Of a DNA stretch of 64,000 bases, positions 8,702 to 19,211 are shown piece after piece; position 1 is the first letter of the stretch, and every line of letters starts with the position of its first letter. The stretch lies in the NCBI RefSeq assembly GCF_049701175.1, contig NZ_JBNATW010000009.1, forward strand, positions 9,904-73,903. Direction: 5' to 3'. This DNA comes from Thermovenabulum sp. GTDB lineage: Bacteria > Bacillota > Thermosediminibacteria > Thermosediminibacterales > Thermosediminibacteraceae. The translations under genes and the position numbers were made by a program. Below the pieces are notes generated by a model. That model worked only from the letters and a program-made list of their open reading frames with translations. It made no database searches and was not told where the DNA came from.

Positions 8702-10789
8702 CTACTTCAGCTTCTTTATCAGTGTTTTTATCAATAACGATTCGCTCTCGCCCTTTAATGCTTTTAAAAATTCTTGATCTTCCAAAATTAGAACACTTAT
8801 CTTCCCAAACAATTCTGCAGCTTTTTTATAGTCCTCTTGAGGTAATAACATCAGGGCAAAATCTTTGTAATTTTCAAATTGGCCATCCATATTTTTTAAT
8901 AAAATCTCTTTTTTTGTGCCAAAAACTCCAAAAAAGGGTTTACTTACTGCTGATGACCTCGCATGAAGCAAGAAAACACCCTTTCCGGGGACTCCACAGC
9001 CACCTAAATCCATTCTCTTTTTTAAATCCTTTTTTAATAAATCCTCGTCTTTTATCAAATCCCTGATGTTTTTTATAATTTCCTCAATTACTCCCTCAAT
9101 AGTGCTCTGCTCCATATTTTTCAAAAAAACCGTCCCCTCTATTATATCAAAAAGAGTATCCTTTGAATCTTCTTTTTTGGATTTACTGCTGTATTGAATG
9201 CCTATATCTATATTCCCCCCTTCATCCCCTTCAAACTCCTTGAGCAGCACATTTATCTTTTCTACATCCTTTTTATCCAATAGCGGTGAAACGGTTACTG
9301 ATTTTATATTAGGAATTTCAACAGGTATTGTGGAAATAATAAAATCCACTCTACCATATTTTTTTAGTGCCTTTTCCAATTCAAGAATAGATATGGCATC
9401 AAGGACTTTTAAATTGGGAAGCTCTTTTTCAACCCGGCTTAAAAGCATTTTTGAACTGCTAATTCCCGTGGGGCAAACAAGAATCACATTGTATTCCTTT
9501 TCTTTTTTCATCCTCTCTAAGGATGCCCCTACATGCATTGCAATAAACCCCAATTCCGATTCGGGAAATTTAATGAGCAGTTTGTTTTCTAATGGTTCAA
9601 CGGCTCTTTTGCATACATTCATTAAATCATTATATTTTTCTTTAAGTTGATTGATCAGTGGGTTTCTTATTTCCATCTTCAACCTTAGCCTTGCTATAGC
9701 AGGCTTTAGGTGCAAAGCCAAATCTTTAATTGCCTTCTCATCTTTGTAAATTTCCCTTTTAAGTATCTTCCCAACATTTAAAAATATTTCCCTAGCTATT
9801 GTTAAAGCCTCATCATCATTTATAAAATAAAATATTTCATCAAAGCCTTCCCCGGCCCTCAATTTTGCTCCCAAAAGGTGCATGGTAATAAATCCTAATT
9901 CTTCTTCGGGTATCTCAAATATGCCCTTTTCCTTCATCTTCCTGCTTAACTCTTCAGCGATGCGAAATTCTTTGGTCATCTTCAAGGTAGACAGTATGTT
10001 TTTCTCCATCGAAATTTTTTCTCCGTTCCTGAGCCTTGCAACGGATAAAACAATATGAACTAAAAGTCCTGCAAAGGCGCTGTCTGCCAGATTTAATTCA
10101 AAGCTATCCGTTATTTCTTTCAACACTCCCTCTATTTTGTTAATTAAATCCCTTTCTATAAATTTCAAAAGTCTCAATTTAACTTCATCAATGATGCCGT
10201 TATTATCTTTTTGCTCTTTTTTCTCCACATCCCCAAATTTAGATCTCAAAAGCTCAATTAATTCGGTTTCATCAAATTGTTCGTAAATTAGATCTGCTAA
10301 AAGGGCCCTTTTATTTTTTTCATCTCCCTCTAAATATACCCCAAACCCCGGCCTACGGATTACCTTTAAGTCGTATTTTTCAAGAAACCCTTCCAATTGG
10401 TTAAGGTCGTAGCTTATCGTGGCTTCGGTTACACCGAGCTCCTTTGCAAAGGTGTATAATTTTTCAACATCTTTTTTCTCAAGAAGATTGAGAAGCACCA
10501 TTAACTGCCTTTCTTTTGCCGAAAACTTTCCCGATGTGGAACCCTTTTGAACAATTTCTTTAATTATCTCATTAATGGCATTTTCATTACCTTTAATTTC
10601 GATTCCCTTCCCTGCTTTTCTTTGCAAAAAAAGCCCTCTTTCCTTCAATTTTCCTTCCAACGATGGCAAAATCCTTAAAATTGTCCTTCGAGAAACGGAC
10701 AACTCCTTGGCCAAATTTTCTGCTGTCTTTGGCCCTTTTAAAAGAAGTTCTATTATCTTTTTTTCTCTTGTTTCTAGTTCAGCAGTCAT
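8702..10789 (-). CDS. mtlR: PRD-containing transcriptional activator of the mannitol operon
   Basis: N-terminal HTH/Mga-like region, two PRD-like regions, then EIIB(Gat)-like (ILVCPTGISSS) and EIIA(Mtl)-like C-terminal domains; located between mtlA and mtlF. Confidence 0.85.
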   Translation of the reverse strand: MTAELETREKKIIELLLKGPKTAENLAKELSVSRRTILRILPSLEGKLKERGLFLQRKAGKGIEIKGNENAINEIIKEIVQKGSTSGKFSAKERQLMVLLNLLEKKDVEKLYTFAKELGVTEATISYDLNQLEGFLEKYDLKVIRRPGFGVYLEGDEKNKRALLADLIYEQFDETELIELLRSKFGDVEKKEQKDNNGIIDEVKLRLLKFIERDLINKIEGVLKEITDSFELNLADSAFAGLLVHIVLSVARLRNGEKISMEKNILSTLKMTKEFRIAEELSRKMKEKGIFEIPEEELGFITMHLLGAKLRAGEGFDEIFYFINDDEALTIAREIFLNVGKILKREIYKDEKAIKDLALHLKPAIARLRLKMEIRNPLINQLKEKYNDLMNVCKRAVEPLENKLLIKFPESELGFIAMHVGASLERMKKEKEYNVILVCPTGISSSKMLLSRVEKELPNLKVLDAISILELEKALKKYGRVDFIISTIPVEIPNIKSVTVSPLLDKKDVEKINVLLKEFEGDEGGNIDIGIQYSSKSKKEDSKDTLFDIIEGTVFLKNMEQSTIEGVIEEIIKNIRDLIKDEDLLKKDLKKRMDLGGCGVPGKGVFLLHARSSAVSKPFFGVFGTKKEILLKNMDGQFENYKDFALMLLPQEDYKKAAELFGKISVLILEDQEFLKALKGESESLLIKTLIKKLK

Positions 10790-10815
10790 AAGTCATCACC
10801 GTACGTAAAAAATTT

Positions 10816-10841
10816 AAAGTAACGGCAAACGCCGTTACTTT
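10816..10841 (-). terminator. hairpin between mtlA and mtlR (partial terminator/attenuator)
   Basis: AAAGTAACGGC-aaac-GCCGTTACTTT, followed on the minus strand by AAATTTTTT. Confidence 0.5.
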
Positions 10842-10862
10842 ATTTTATTATGGATTATTATA

Positions 10863-12227
10863 TCACTTCTTAAGCCTGTTTACTATTTCATCGTAAATAG
10901 GATTGTTTACAAAGGTTTCTATTGAAATATGCTCTGCTTTTGGAGCTTTAGCTTTAGCCCTTTCTGTAAGTTCTTTGTGAGAAATTACTATATCTGCATC
11001 TTCAGGGATTTCATTAATAGCCGAATGAACAACCTCTACTTTTAAGCCTGCTTCCTGAATTTTCTTTCTCAAGACGGTAGCTCCCATGGCTGAAGAACCC
11101 ATACCGCCGTCACATGCAAATACTATTTTTTTGACATTTGCGGGCTTTTTAACTGCATGGAAGGCTTCCTTACCCTTTAGCTGGTCAACCATATCCTGTG
11201 CAGCAAAAAGGTCGCCTTCTTCCTGCCCGAATTTCTTTAAAAGTGCCGAAGAAACAAGGAAGGAAATCAGCGCAGAGAGCGCAATACCTGAAAGTACCGG
11301 GATATAACCTCCTTTAGGAGTCATGGCAAGCTCTGCAAAAATGCTTCCGGGCGATGGTGTTGCAACAAGCCCTGCCCCGAGTAAAACAAAGGTGAATACA
11401 CCTGTTGCACCGCCTAATATAACTGCTAATATTAGAATGGGATTCATTAAAACGTAGGGAAAATAAATCTCGTGTATACCACCAAAGAAGTGGATAATAA
11501 TAGCACTTAGTGCTGATTCCTTTGCAATTCCTTTACCTACTAGCCAGTAAGCGAGAAGAACTCCAAGACCGGGCCCGGGGTTTGTCTCCAAAAGGAAGAA
11601 TATTGATTTTCCCGTTTGAGCTGCCTGCTGGACGCCCAAAGGTGCCAATATTCCGTGGTTTATAGCGTTATTTAAAAACAGGATTTTGCCAGGTTCGATG
11701 AAGAGCGAAGCAAGAGGCAAAAGCTTTGCATTGACTATAGCCTGAACTCCTGAGGCAAGAGCATTGTTTAAAGCCTGCACAACCGGCCCAATGCCTAAAT
11801 AAGCAAGAAGGGTTATAACCATACCAATTATACCGGCAGAAAAATTGTTGACAAGCATTTCAAAACCTGCAGGGATTTTGTCCTGAAAGGCTTCGTCGAA
11901 TTTCTTAATAACATAACCGCCTAATGGCCCCATAATCATTGCTCCCAAAAACATGGGAACATTAGAACCGACTACAACCCCCATTGTGGCAACTGCACCT
12001 ACTACACCGCCGCGAACCCCATGAACCATTTTCCCACCTGTGTAGCCAATTAAAATAGGCAGAAGGTAGACAATCATTGGACCAACCAGTTTTGCTAAGT
12101 TTTCATTAGGCATCCACCCGGTAGGGATAAAAAATGCAGTTATTAGTCCCCATGCAATAAAAGCACCTATATTAGGCATCACCATACCGCTTAAAAAGCG
12201 GCCAAAACTTTGAATTTTTGTCCTCAT
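10863..12227 (-). CDS. mtlA: PTS mannitol-specific EIICB component
   Basis: EIIC membrane domain plus a C-terminal EIIB (IVFACDGGMGSSAMG). I prefer the ATG at 12227 (MRTKIQSFG...), preceded by AAGGAGG. Confidence 0.9.
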   Translation of the reverse strand: MRTKIQSFGRFLSGMVMPNIGAFIAWGLITAFFIPTGWMPNENLAKLVGPMIVYLLPILIGYTGGKMVHGVRGGVVGAVATMGVVVGSNVPMFLGAMIMGPLGGYVIKKFDEAFQDKIPAGFEMLVNNFSAGIIGMVITLLAYLGIGPVVQALNNALASGVQAIVNAKLLPLASLFIEPGKILFLNNAINHGILAPLGVQQAAQTGKSIFFLLETNPGPGLGVLLAYWLVGKGIAKESALSAIIIHFFGGIHEIYFPYVLMNPILILAVILGGATGVFTFVLLGAGLVATPSPGSIFAELAMTPKGGYIPVLSGIALSALISFLVSSALLKKFGQEEGDLFAAQDMVDQLKGKEAFHAVKKPANVKKIVFACDGGMGSSAMGATVLRKKIQEAGLKVEVVHSAINEIPEDADIVISHKELTERAKAKAPKAEHISIETFVNNPIYDEIVNRLKK

Positions 12228-12254
12228 ATTAGACCTCCTTCTTTTATTTGACAT

Positions 12255-12275
12255 TGTCACTATATGTTAGTGACA
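12255..12275. promoter_or_regulatory. inverted repeat TGTCACTA-N5-TAGTGACA in the mtlA upstream region (candidate MtlR or other operator)
   Basis: Perfect 8-bp arms. A related ATGTTCTGGTGACAT copy lies at 12361-12375. Confidence 0.3.
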
Positions 12276-12626
12276 TATTTTAATTTTATTTATTTATCCT
12301 GAATTAATAATATATTTAATTTTGGTGTTTTTCAAGGAAAACATATTTATATTACAACATATGTTCTGGTGACATTTTTTAATAAGTTGTTTCCATTTTT
12401 ATAATTTATAGAATTAATCTTAATACAATAAAATTTTGTAACATTTCGTATTAATCTTTACTTTTCTGTTACTTTTTGTGGTTTTAATTTATATTTTGTG
12501 GTAAAGATGATATAATATTTTAGTTGCAATTTTTACTACAGGGGGTGAGGAAAAAAATAAGAAAAAATATAAAAATCAAAAATAAATATAAATTCATTCT
12601 ATTTATTTCCAAAGGAGGGTGTCAAT

Positions 12627-13847
12627 GTGAAGAAGCTTAATTTAACAACTAAGATTTTCATCGGACTTATACTTGGTATAATAGTCGGACTCTTCTTCCA
12701 GTCAGCACCCGATGCAGCAAAAACCTATATAAAGCCTTTTGGCGACCTTTTCCTGAATTTAATCAAAATGATTATTGTGCCCCTCGTGCTTTCTTCATTG
12801 GTTGTAGGTGCCGCAAGCACAGGCGATGTTAAAAGGCTCGGCAGGATAGGCGTAAAAACCCTTGCATATTACCTCTTAACCACCGCTTTTGCGGTTACCC
12901 TCGGCCTTATCTTAGGAAACCTTTTAGACCCCGGATTAGGCCTTACTCTACCGGCTGATGCAAAAGTTGAGGTAAGCAAAGCTCCATCGGTGGTAGAAAC
13001 ACTCCTCAACATCATCCCTACAAACCCTGTAAAAGCAATGGCTGACGCCAATATGCTCCAGATAATAGCCTTTGCCATCTTTTTGGGCATTGGAATAACC
13101 ATAGCCGGTGACAAAGGCAAACCTGTCCTGAGCTTTTTTGACAGTTTAGCAGAAGTAAGCTATAAAATAGTTGGCATTGTAATGGAATACGCCCCTATTG
13201 GTGTTTTTGCATTGATAGTGCCCGTTGTAGCAGCAAACGGTCCGAAAGTGCTGCTTCCCCTTTTAAAAGTAATTATTGCCGTTTATTTGGGTGTAGCACT
13301 CCATGCAGGTTTAGTTTATTCCACACTTGTCCGCATCTTTGCTAAAATGAGTCCTGCCAAATTTTTCAAAGGAGCCGCCCCTGCAATGCTCGTCGCCTTT
13401 ACCACCTGCAGCAGTTCGGCTACACTTCCCGTAAGTTTGGATATCACCGAGAAAAATCTCGGGGTTTCAAAATCCGTATCGAGCTTCGTCCTACCCTTAG
13501 GTGCGACAATAAATATGGACGGTACAGCTTTATACCAGGGTGTATGCGCCCTTTTCGTAGCCCAAATTTTCGGTATTAACCTTACTATTTCCCAACAGCT
13601 GACAATAATACTGACCGCAACCTTAGCATCCATAGGCACAGCAGGTGTCCCCGGTGCCGGCTTAATCATGCTCTCAATGGTATTGCAGTCGGTAGGTCTG
13701 CCTTTAGAAGGTATTGCACTAATTGCTGGTATTGACAGAATCCTCGATATGCCGAGGACCTGCGTAAATGTAACTGGTGATATTGCAGGCTCTGTAGTTG
13801 TTGCAGCTACTGAAGGGGAATTAAACAAGGAAGTTTTGAAGGATTAA
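12627..13847 (+). CDS. dicarboxylate/amino acid:cation symporter (GltP/DctA family)
   Basis: DAACS family motifs (TCSSSATLP, INMDGTALY, VNVTGD). GTG start 7 nt after GGAGGG. Confidence 0.85.
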   Translation: MKKLNLTTKIFIGLILGIIVGLFFQSAPDAAKTYIKPFGDLFLNLIKMIIVPLVLSSLVVGAASTGDVKRLGRIGVKTLAYYLLTTAFAVTLGLILGNLLDPGLGLTLPADAKVEVSKAPSVVETLLNIIPTNPVKAMADANMLQIIAFAIFLGIGITIAGDKGKPVLSFFDSLAEVSYKIVGIVMEYAPIGVFALIVPVVAANGPKVLLPLLKVIIAVYLGVALHAGLVYSTLVRIFAKMSPAKFFKGAAPAMLVAFTTCSSSATLPVSLDITEKNLGVSKSVSSFVLPLGATINMDGTALYQGVCALFVAQIFGINLTISQQLTIILTATLASIGTAGVPGAGLIMLSMVLQSVGLPLEGIALIAGIDRILDMPRTCVNVTGDIAGSVVVAATEGELNKEVLKD

Positions 13848-13854
13848 AAAAGCA

Positions 13855-13893
13855 AAAAGCTGGTCGGTATTTATATCCGGCCAGCTTTTTTTT
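13855..13893 (+). terminator. rho-independent terminator after the symporter gene
   Basis: AAAAGCTGGTCGG...CCGGCCAGCTTTT hairpin plus a T-run. Confidence 0.8.
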
Positions 13894-14203
13894 AATATAT
13901 TTTTGTTTCTCTTATCTCATTTTGTAGTGCTTTTACTGTTGCTTTTAATTCTTGAATCTCCCTTTTTAAATCCACTTCTTCCTCAGCAGTAATTTCATTA
14001 GTGTTCTGCTGATCCTGTGCGTTTTCAATTTTCTCATTGAAGTTTTTTTTTAATATTTGTTTGCCCTTTTCTGCCAGCATCTTTGCCTCATCCATGCCTT
14101 TTGAAACCATTGGTTCCATCTTTTTCTTCATTTTATTAGGCATCAACATATAGGCAAGGGTTGCAATACCAATCCCGTAAAAAAATTTTCTTATTATAGA
14201 CAA
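13892..14203 (-). CDS. YtxH-like small membrane-anchored coiled-coil protein
   Basis: N-terminal hydrophobic helix followed by a charged helical region. TTG start after GAGGAGGG. Confidence 0.45.
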   Translation of the reverse strand: MSIIRKFFYGIGIATLAYMLMPNKMKKKMEPMVSKGMDEAKMLAEKGKQILKKNFNEKIENAQDQQNTNEITAEEEVDLKREIQELKATVKALQNEIRETKIY

Positions 14204-14280
14204 CGGGCATCCCTCCTCTAAATTTCAGGATGCCCTTTTTAATTTATAAAATTCGAGGTAATTTTTGTAAACATTCCACT

Positions 14281-14850
14281 TTATAACTTTATCCCATTAT
14301 AAAGATTCATCGCTCTTTCTATACCTTCTTCTATAATACAAAAAGTAGCTCTTGCAGCTATTTTAATAATTTCTTTAACCTTATTTTCTTCTTCCGCATC
14401 AAAGGTACCAATTACATGGCTTATTGTATCCTGTCCAGGTTTTGGCTTGCCTATCCCTATTCTGATTCTTAAAAAATCCTCGGAAGCAAGCTGGTAAATT
14501 ATAGATTCTACTCCTTTATGGCCTCCACTGCTTCCGCTTCTTTTAATCCTTATCTTGCCCAAAGGCAAATCCATATCATCATATATTACTATTAGATTAG
14601 AGAGAGGCAGTTTATAGAAACTTACAGCCTCTTTTACGCTTTCCCCTGAAAGGTTCATGTAAGTCATAGGTTTTAAAAGAATCAACTTTTCATTTTTATA
14701 AAATATATCATTGTACAGTGCTTTAAATTTTATTTTGTCTATATTTGTACCTAATTCTTTTGCTATAAAGTCCACTACAATAAAGCCTATATTATGCCTC
14801 GTATTCTCGTATTGTTTGCCAGGATTGCCCAAACCAGCAATTAAATACAT
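14281..14850 (-). CDS. pth: peptidyl-tRNA hydrolase
   Basis: MYLIAGLGNPG...TRHNIGF signature; conserved position next to ctc. Confidence 0.9.
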   Translation of the reverse strand: MYLIAGLGNPGKQYENTRHNIGFIVVDFIAKELGTNIDKIKFKALYNDIFYKNEKLILLKPMTYMNLSGESVKEAVSFYKLPLSNLIVIYDDMDLPLGKIRIKRSGSSGGHKGVESIIYQLASEDFLRIRIGIGKPKPGQDTISHVIGTFDAEEENKVKEIIKIAARATFCIIEEGIERAMNLYNGIKL

Positions 14851-14855
14851 TTACA

Positions 14856-15488
14856 CTACTCCTCTTGTTTCTTTTCCTTTCCCTTTGCAATAACTTCGGG
14901 TTCTTCTTCAGCAGCTTCTGCACCTTCCTCTTCTTCAATAGTAGGTGCGAGAACTGCTACCACAATTTCGTCAGGGTCGTCAAGCACAGTTATCTTATCG
15001 CTGAGTTTTATCTCTTTGACAGTAAGCACATCGCCTATCTTTAAATGAGAAATATCAACTTCGATGTGTTCAGGAATATCCTGCGGTAATGCCTCTATAG
15101 TGAGCTCATCTAATTGATGCTGCAGTACTCCACCCATTTTAACACCTTCGGGTTCGCCTTTTAAAACAATAGGTACGTCCACTTCTATTTTATCCGTCAT
15201 AGACACCCTGTAAAAGTCAATATGGTTTATAACATTATTTAAATAATCCTTTTGAATCTCTTTAATAATCACTGTATGTTTTTCGTTGTTGAGAATAAGG
15301 TCAATAAGCACGCTTTCCCCATGGCCCTTAATGGCTTTTAGAAACTCCAATTCGTCAACAGCCAAATACTTATTTTCCATATTCTTACCGTATAAAACAG
15401 CAGGAATTTTTTTAGCCCTTCTTAAAGCCTTCAATGCGCCTTTGCCCTCAAGCTTTCTCTCAGCAGCTTTTAAAGTAACCTGTGCCAT
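14856..15488 (-). CDS. ctc: 50S ribosomal protein L25 / general stress protein Ctc
   Basis: L25/Ctc two-domain sequence with an acidic C-terminal tail; synteny prs-ctc-pth. Confidence 0.9.
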   Translation of the reverse strand: MAQVTLKAAERKLEGKGALKALRRAKKIPAVLYGKNMENKYLAVDELEFLKAIKGHGESVLIDLILNNEKHTVIIKEIQKDYLNNVINHIDFYRVSMTDKIEVDVPIVLKGEPEGVKMGGVLQHQLDELTIEALPQDIPEHIEVDISHLKIGDVLTVKEIKLSDKITVLDDPDEIVVAVLAPTIEEEEGAEAAEEEPEVIAKGKEKKQEE

Positions 15489-15594
15489 GTTAATCCCCCT
15501 TTCAAAATTGTGGAATTTTGTGGCTGTTACACATATATAATAGTATATCCTCTTTTTCGGAAATAATCAATATTTGAATGTTTAAAAAAATCAA

Positions 15595-16536
15595 TTAATC
15601 AAACAATGTGCTTACTGAAAGGTGCTGATGAATCCTTTTTATAGCTTCAGCAAAAAGCGGAGCTACCGACAGCACCTTTATCTTTTCTATCTTTTGATGC
15701 TCTCTTAGAGCAATAGTATTCGTCACAACGACCTCTTTTATGGGCGATTTGCTGAGCCTTTCAATAGCAGGCCCCGAAAGCACAGGATGGGTACAGCAGG
15801 CGTAGACCTCTTTTGCCCCTTTTTCTAAAAGGGCTTCTGCCCCAAGGGTTATTGTCCCAGCAGTATCGATGATGTCATCTATCATTATAACTGTCTTTCC
15901 CTTTACATTTCCGATTATGTTCATAACTTCCGCCACATTAGGTTCAGGCCTTCTTTTATCAATTATAGCAATAGAAGCCTTAACCCTGTTAGCCAGTTCC
16001 CTTGCCCTTGTTACTCCTCCTAAATCCGGTGAAACAACGACCACATCTTCTAACTCTTTTTTTCTAAAATAATCGGCAAGAATAGGCACTGCAAGGAGAT
16101 GATCTACAGGAAAATTAAAAAATCCCTGAATCTGTCCCGCATGAAGATCCATTGTTAATACCCTGTGGGCTCCTGCTGTTGAAATAATATCTGCAACAAG
16201 TTTTGCTGTAATAGGGTCTCTTGCCCTGATTTTTCTATCCTGCCTTGCATATCCGTAATAGGGTATAACCGCCGTTATCCTCCACGCTGATGCCCTTTTA
16301 AAAGCATCGAGCATTATCAAAAGCTCCATAATATGGTCATTTGCAGGGTATGAAAGGGGCTGGACCACAAAAACGTCTGCACCCCTTACACTTTCATTTA
16401 TCTTTACCTGAATCTCGCCATCGCTGAAGGTATTGACCACAGCATCCCCTACGTTTATTCCAAGTATTTCAGCAATTTCCCTTGCCAATTCCGGATTGGC
16501 ATTTCCTGTAAAAATTTTAAGCTTATTTTCCGCCAT
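15595..16536 (-). CDS. prs: ribose-phosphate pyrophosphokinase
   Basis: PRPP synthetase motifs ([24 protein letters not shown]). Confidence 0.95.
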   Translation of the reverse strand: MAENKLKIFTGNANPELAREIAEILGINVGDAVVNTFSDGEIQVKINESVRGADVFVVQPLSYPANDHIMELLIMLDAFKRASAWRITAVIPYYGYARQDRKIRARDPITAKLVADIISTAGAHRVLTMDLHAGQIQGFFNFPVDHLLAVPILADYFRKKELEDVVVVSPDLGGVTRARELANRVKASIAIIDKRRPEPNVAEVMNIIGNVKGKTVIMIDDIIDTAGTITLGAEALLEKGAKEVYACCTHPVLSGPAIERLSKSPIKEVVVTNTIALREHQKIEKIKVLSVAPLFAEAIKRIHQHLSVSTLFD

Positions 16537-17921
16537 CAGTTTTCCCCTCCTTCAAACAACTTCTTTCTTTTTTCAACCCATCCCAATTTGTTTTCTTGCA
16601 TGGCTCTCGCAATTGCTAAAGCCTTGGAAGGCACGTCCTTCGTGAGGGTAGAGCCTGCTGCCACATAAGCACCTTCTTCTACTGTAATGGGAGCAATTAA
16701 ATTTGAATTGCACCCTATAAAAGCTTTGTCCTTTACAACCGTTTTGTGTTTTTTGTATCCATCATAGTTTACAAAAATAACCCCTGCACCAATATTTACT
16801 TTTTCTCCAATTTCTGCATCACCGATGTAAGAAAGGTGCGGCACCTTTGTGCCCTCACCGATGCTGCTGTTCTTTATCTCCACAAAATCACCTATCTTTA
16901 CATTTTTACAAATTTTTGTACCGGGCCTCAAATTGGCAAAAGGCCCTATTTTGGCACCATCTCCTATTTCGCTTTCCGCTATAAAGCTTGCCGATATTTC
17001 CACATTATTACCTATTTTTGAATTTCTTATAACAGTATTGCCTACAATTGTACAGTTTTCACCGATTTCGGTCTCTCCTTCAATTACCACATTGGGATAT
17101 ATCACAGTATCCCTGCCTATCTTTACTCTCATATCCACAACACAGCTTTCGGGATTAATAAAAGTAACCCCTTCTTTCATTAAAGCCTCTATTATTTTTC
17201 TTTGCATTATAGTCTGAGCTTTTGAAAGCTGCACCCGATCGTTTATGCCCTGAACCTCATCCGAATTTTCTACTTTAAAAGCAAGCACTTCTTCTCCTTC
17301 GCTGTTTAAGATTTCAACAACATCGGTAAGGTAGTATTCTCCTTGGCGGTTATCATTTCTTACCTTTTTTAAAGCTGAAAAAACTTTTTCGGTGTTAAAA
17401 CAGTAGATTCCCGAATTTATCTCTTTTATTAGTTTTTCCTCCTCACTCGCATCCTTTTCCTCCCTTATCGCAATTACCTTTTCATTTTCCCTTATTATTC
17501 TTCCGTATCCATAAGGATTATCAAAGATACAGGTTAAAACCGTAGCTGCAGGTTGTCTCTCAATGTGAAATTCAAAAAGTCTTTCAATAGTGTCTGGCTC
17601 TATAAGCGGCATATCACCGTATAAGACAATTAAATTTTCGCTTCCCTTTACCGCTTCTTTTGCTTGTAAAAGGGCATGTCCAGTACCTTTTTGCTCAGCT
17701 TGAAGCACAAATTCTACGCCTTCATCCTGAAAAGCCTTTTTTACTTCACCGGCCCCTTTTCCCACTACTACTACGATTTTATCAGCTTTGGCTTTTTTCG
17801 CACTATTTATTACATGAAAGAGCATCGGATAACCGCAAACCTTATGTAAAACCTTTGGAATCCCAGATTTCATCCTCGTTCCTTCACCTGCAGCAAGTAT
17901 TACCGCAGTAAACCCAGCCAT
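16536..17921 (-). CDS. glmU: bifunctional UDP-N-acetylglucosamine pyrophosphorylase / glucosamine-1-phosphate N-acetyltransferase
   Basis: N-terminal [11 protein letters not shown] nucleotidyltransferase motif plus C-terminal hexapeptide repeats. Confidence 0.95.
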   Translation of the reverse strand: MAGFTAVILAAGEGTRMKSGIPKVLHKVCGYPMLFHVINSAKKAKADKIVVVVGKGAGEVKKAFQDEGVEFVLQAEQKGTGHALLQAKEAVKGSENLIVLYGDMPLIEPDTIERLFEFHIERQPAATVLTCIFDNPYGYGRIIRENEKVIAIREEKDASEEEKLIKEINSGIYCFNTEKVFSALKKVRNDNRQGEYYLTDVVEILNSEGEEVLAFKVENSDEVQGINDRVQLSKAQTIMQRKIIEALMKEGVTFINPESCVVDMRVKIGRDTVIYPNVVIEGETEIGENCTIVGNTVIRNSKIGNNVEISASFIAESEIGDGAKIGPFANLRPGTKICKNVKIGDFVEIKNSSIGEGTKVPHLSYIGDAEIGEKVNIGAGVIFVNYDGYKKHKTVVKDKAFIGCNSNLIAPITVEEGAYVAAGSTLTKDVPSKALAIARAMQENKLGWVEKRKKLFEGGEN

Positions 17922-18001
17922 ATCTTACCCTCCTGAAAAAACAAAAAATATTTACCTCTAATAATATATCATAAAAATGAGCATTTGTAAGAAATATAGT
18001 C

Positions 18002-18032
18002 AAAAAAAAACATAGGGACAGTTTTGCCCTAT
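18002..18032 (-). terminator. rho-independent terminator after spoVG
   Basis: ATAGGG...CCCTAT hairpin followed on the minus strand by a run of nine T. Confidence 0.65.
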
Positions 18033-18057
18033 ATTTTTTTCAATTTTATACCTGAAT

Positions 18058-18315
18058 TCAGCTTATTGCCGCTTGATAAGATTTAAGTACAGCCTCCTGA
18101 ATTTTGGCCCTCATCGAGGAACTTAAAGGATGAGCTATGTCCTTAAACTGCCCATCCGCAGTCTTTCGGCTCGGCATAGCTATAAAAAGCCCACTGTCCC
18201 CTTCAATAATCCTGATATCATGTACAACAAATTCATTATCGAAAGTAACAGAAACAATAGCTTTCATTTTGCCTTCATCTGAAATCTTTCTAATTCTTAC
18301 ATCGGTAATTTCCAA
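18058..18315 (-). CDS. spoVG: septation regulator SpoVG
   Basis: [38 protein letters not shown] is the classic SpoVG N-terminus. I prefer the TTG start at 18315, 7 nt after GGAGGTG. Confidence 0.9.
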   Translation of the reverse strand: MEITDVRIRKISDEGKMKAIVSVTFDNEFVVHDIRIIEGDSGLFIAMPSRKTADGQFKDIAHPLSSSMRAKIQEAVLKSYQAAIS

Positions 18316-18407
18316 AAACCGCACCTCCAACAATATTATCATCTTTAAAGATACTTCTATAAAAATAACCAAAGTCCTCCTAATTTTTAATAATTTTTAT
18401 ATATTTT

Positions 18408-19211
18408 TTAAAAAATCCCGGGGCGAATCTTAATCAACCCTTTCATTGTCTCCACCTTTTCAAGCACTAAAAGGGTTGTATAATTTTTTACAAGCTTTTC
18501 CTTCGGTTCTTCTGTGGCTATAAAAACGGCTATGCCTACAGTCTCGGCATTGAATTCCCTCACAAGTTCCGTCATCCCCCTTGCGGTGCCTCCGCCCTTC
18601 ATAAAATCGTCGACTATTAAAACCCTTGCCTTTTCCGATAAAGCTCTTTTCGGAAGCGCCATATTTTGAATCCTGCCGCTTGAACCCGAAATATAGCTTA
18701 TATTTACCGAAGGCCCTTCAGTTACTTTAATATCCCTCCTTGCCACAACAAGGGGGACATTTAAAGCCCGAGCCGTCATCAAAGCAAGGGGAATCCCTTT
18801 TGTCTCAACCGTAAGCACGCAGGTAGGTTCTTCATCAATAAACCTCTCCGCTATTACTTCTCCAATCCTTAGAGAATACTCCGGAGAAAAAATTATATCC
18901 GTCAAATAAATATAATCACCCGGGATTAACCTATTTTTGTCGCTTATTAAATCGCAAAGTTCTTGTAAAAAAGCCTTTATTTTTTCTTCTGAACTCTTTA
19001 CCTTATACCTTACACCTCCAGCTGCACCTGGAATAGTTTCTAAAATGCCTTCCCTCGCATCAGAAAAAGAGCTTTTTATAATATTTAAATCTTCACTTAT
19101 TGAAGATTTAGCGGCATTGAATTTCTCTGCAAAAAATTTGAGGGGAATTATTTTATTGGGATTTTCGGTGAGGTGCTTTGTAATAAGGACGAGCCTTTGG
19201 CTTCTTCTCAT
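18408..19211 (-). CDS. purR: pur operon repressor
   Basis: PurR N-terminal domain plus a phosphoribosyltransferase fold (VLIVDDFMKGGGT). Confidence 0.9.
   Translation of the reverse strand: MRRSQRLVLITKHLTENPNKIIPLKFFAEKFNAAKSSISEDLNIIKSSFSDAREGILETIPGAAGGVRYKVKSSEEKIKAFLQELCDLISDKNRLIPGDYIYLTDIIFSPEYSLRIGEVIAERFIDEEPTCVLTVETKGIPLALMTARALNVPLVVARRDIKVTEGPSVNISYISGSSGRIQNMALPKRALSEKARVLIVDDFMKGGGTARGMTELVREFNAETVGIAVFIATEEPKEKLVKNYTTLLVLEKVETMKGLIKIRPGIF

Noticed and set aside
14205-14250. Hairpin GGGCATCC...GGATGCCC between pth and the YtxH-like gene, enclosing the latter's RBS; considered as a translational control element or terminator.
   Set aside because: The T-tract is only on the non-coding (plus) strand, there is no supporting conservation data, and the downstream gene is itself weakly supported.
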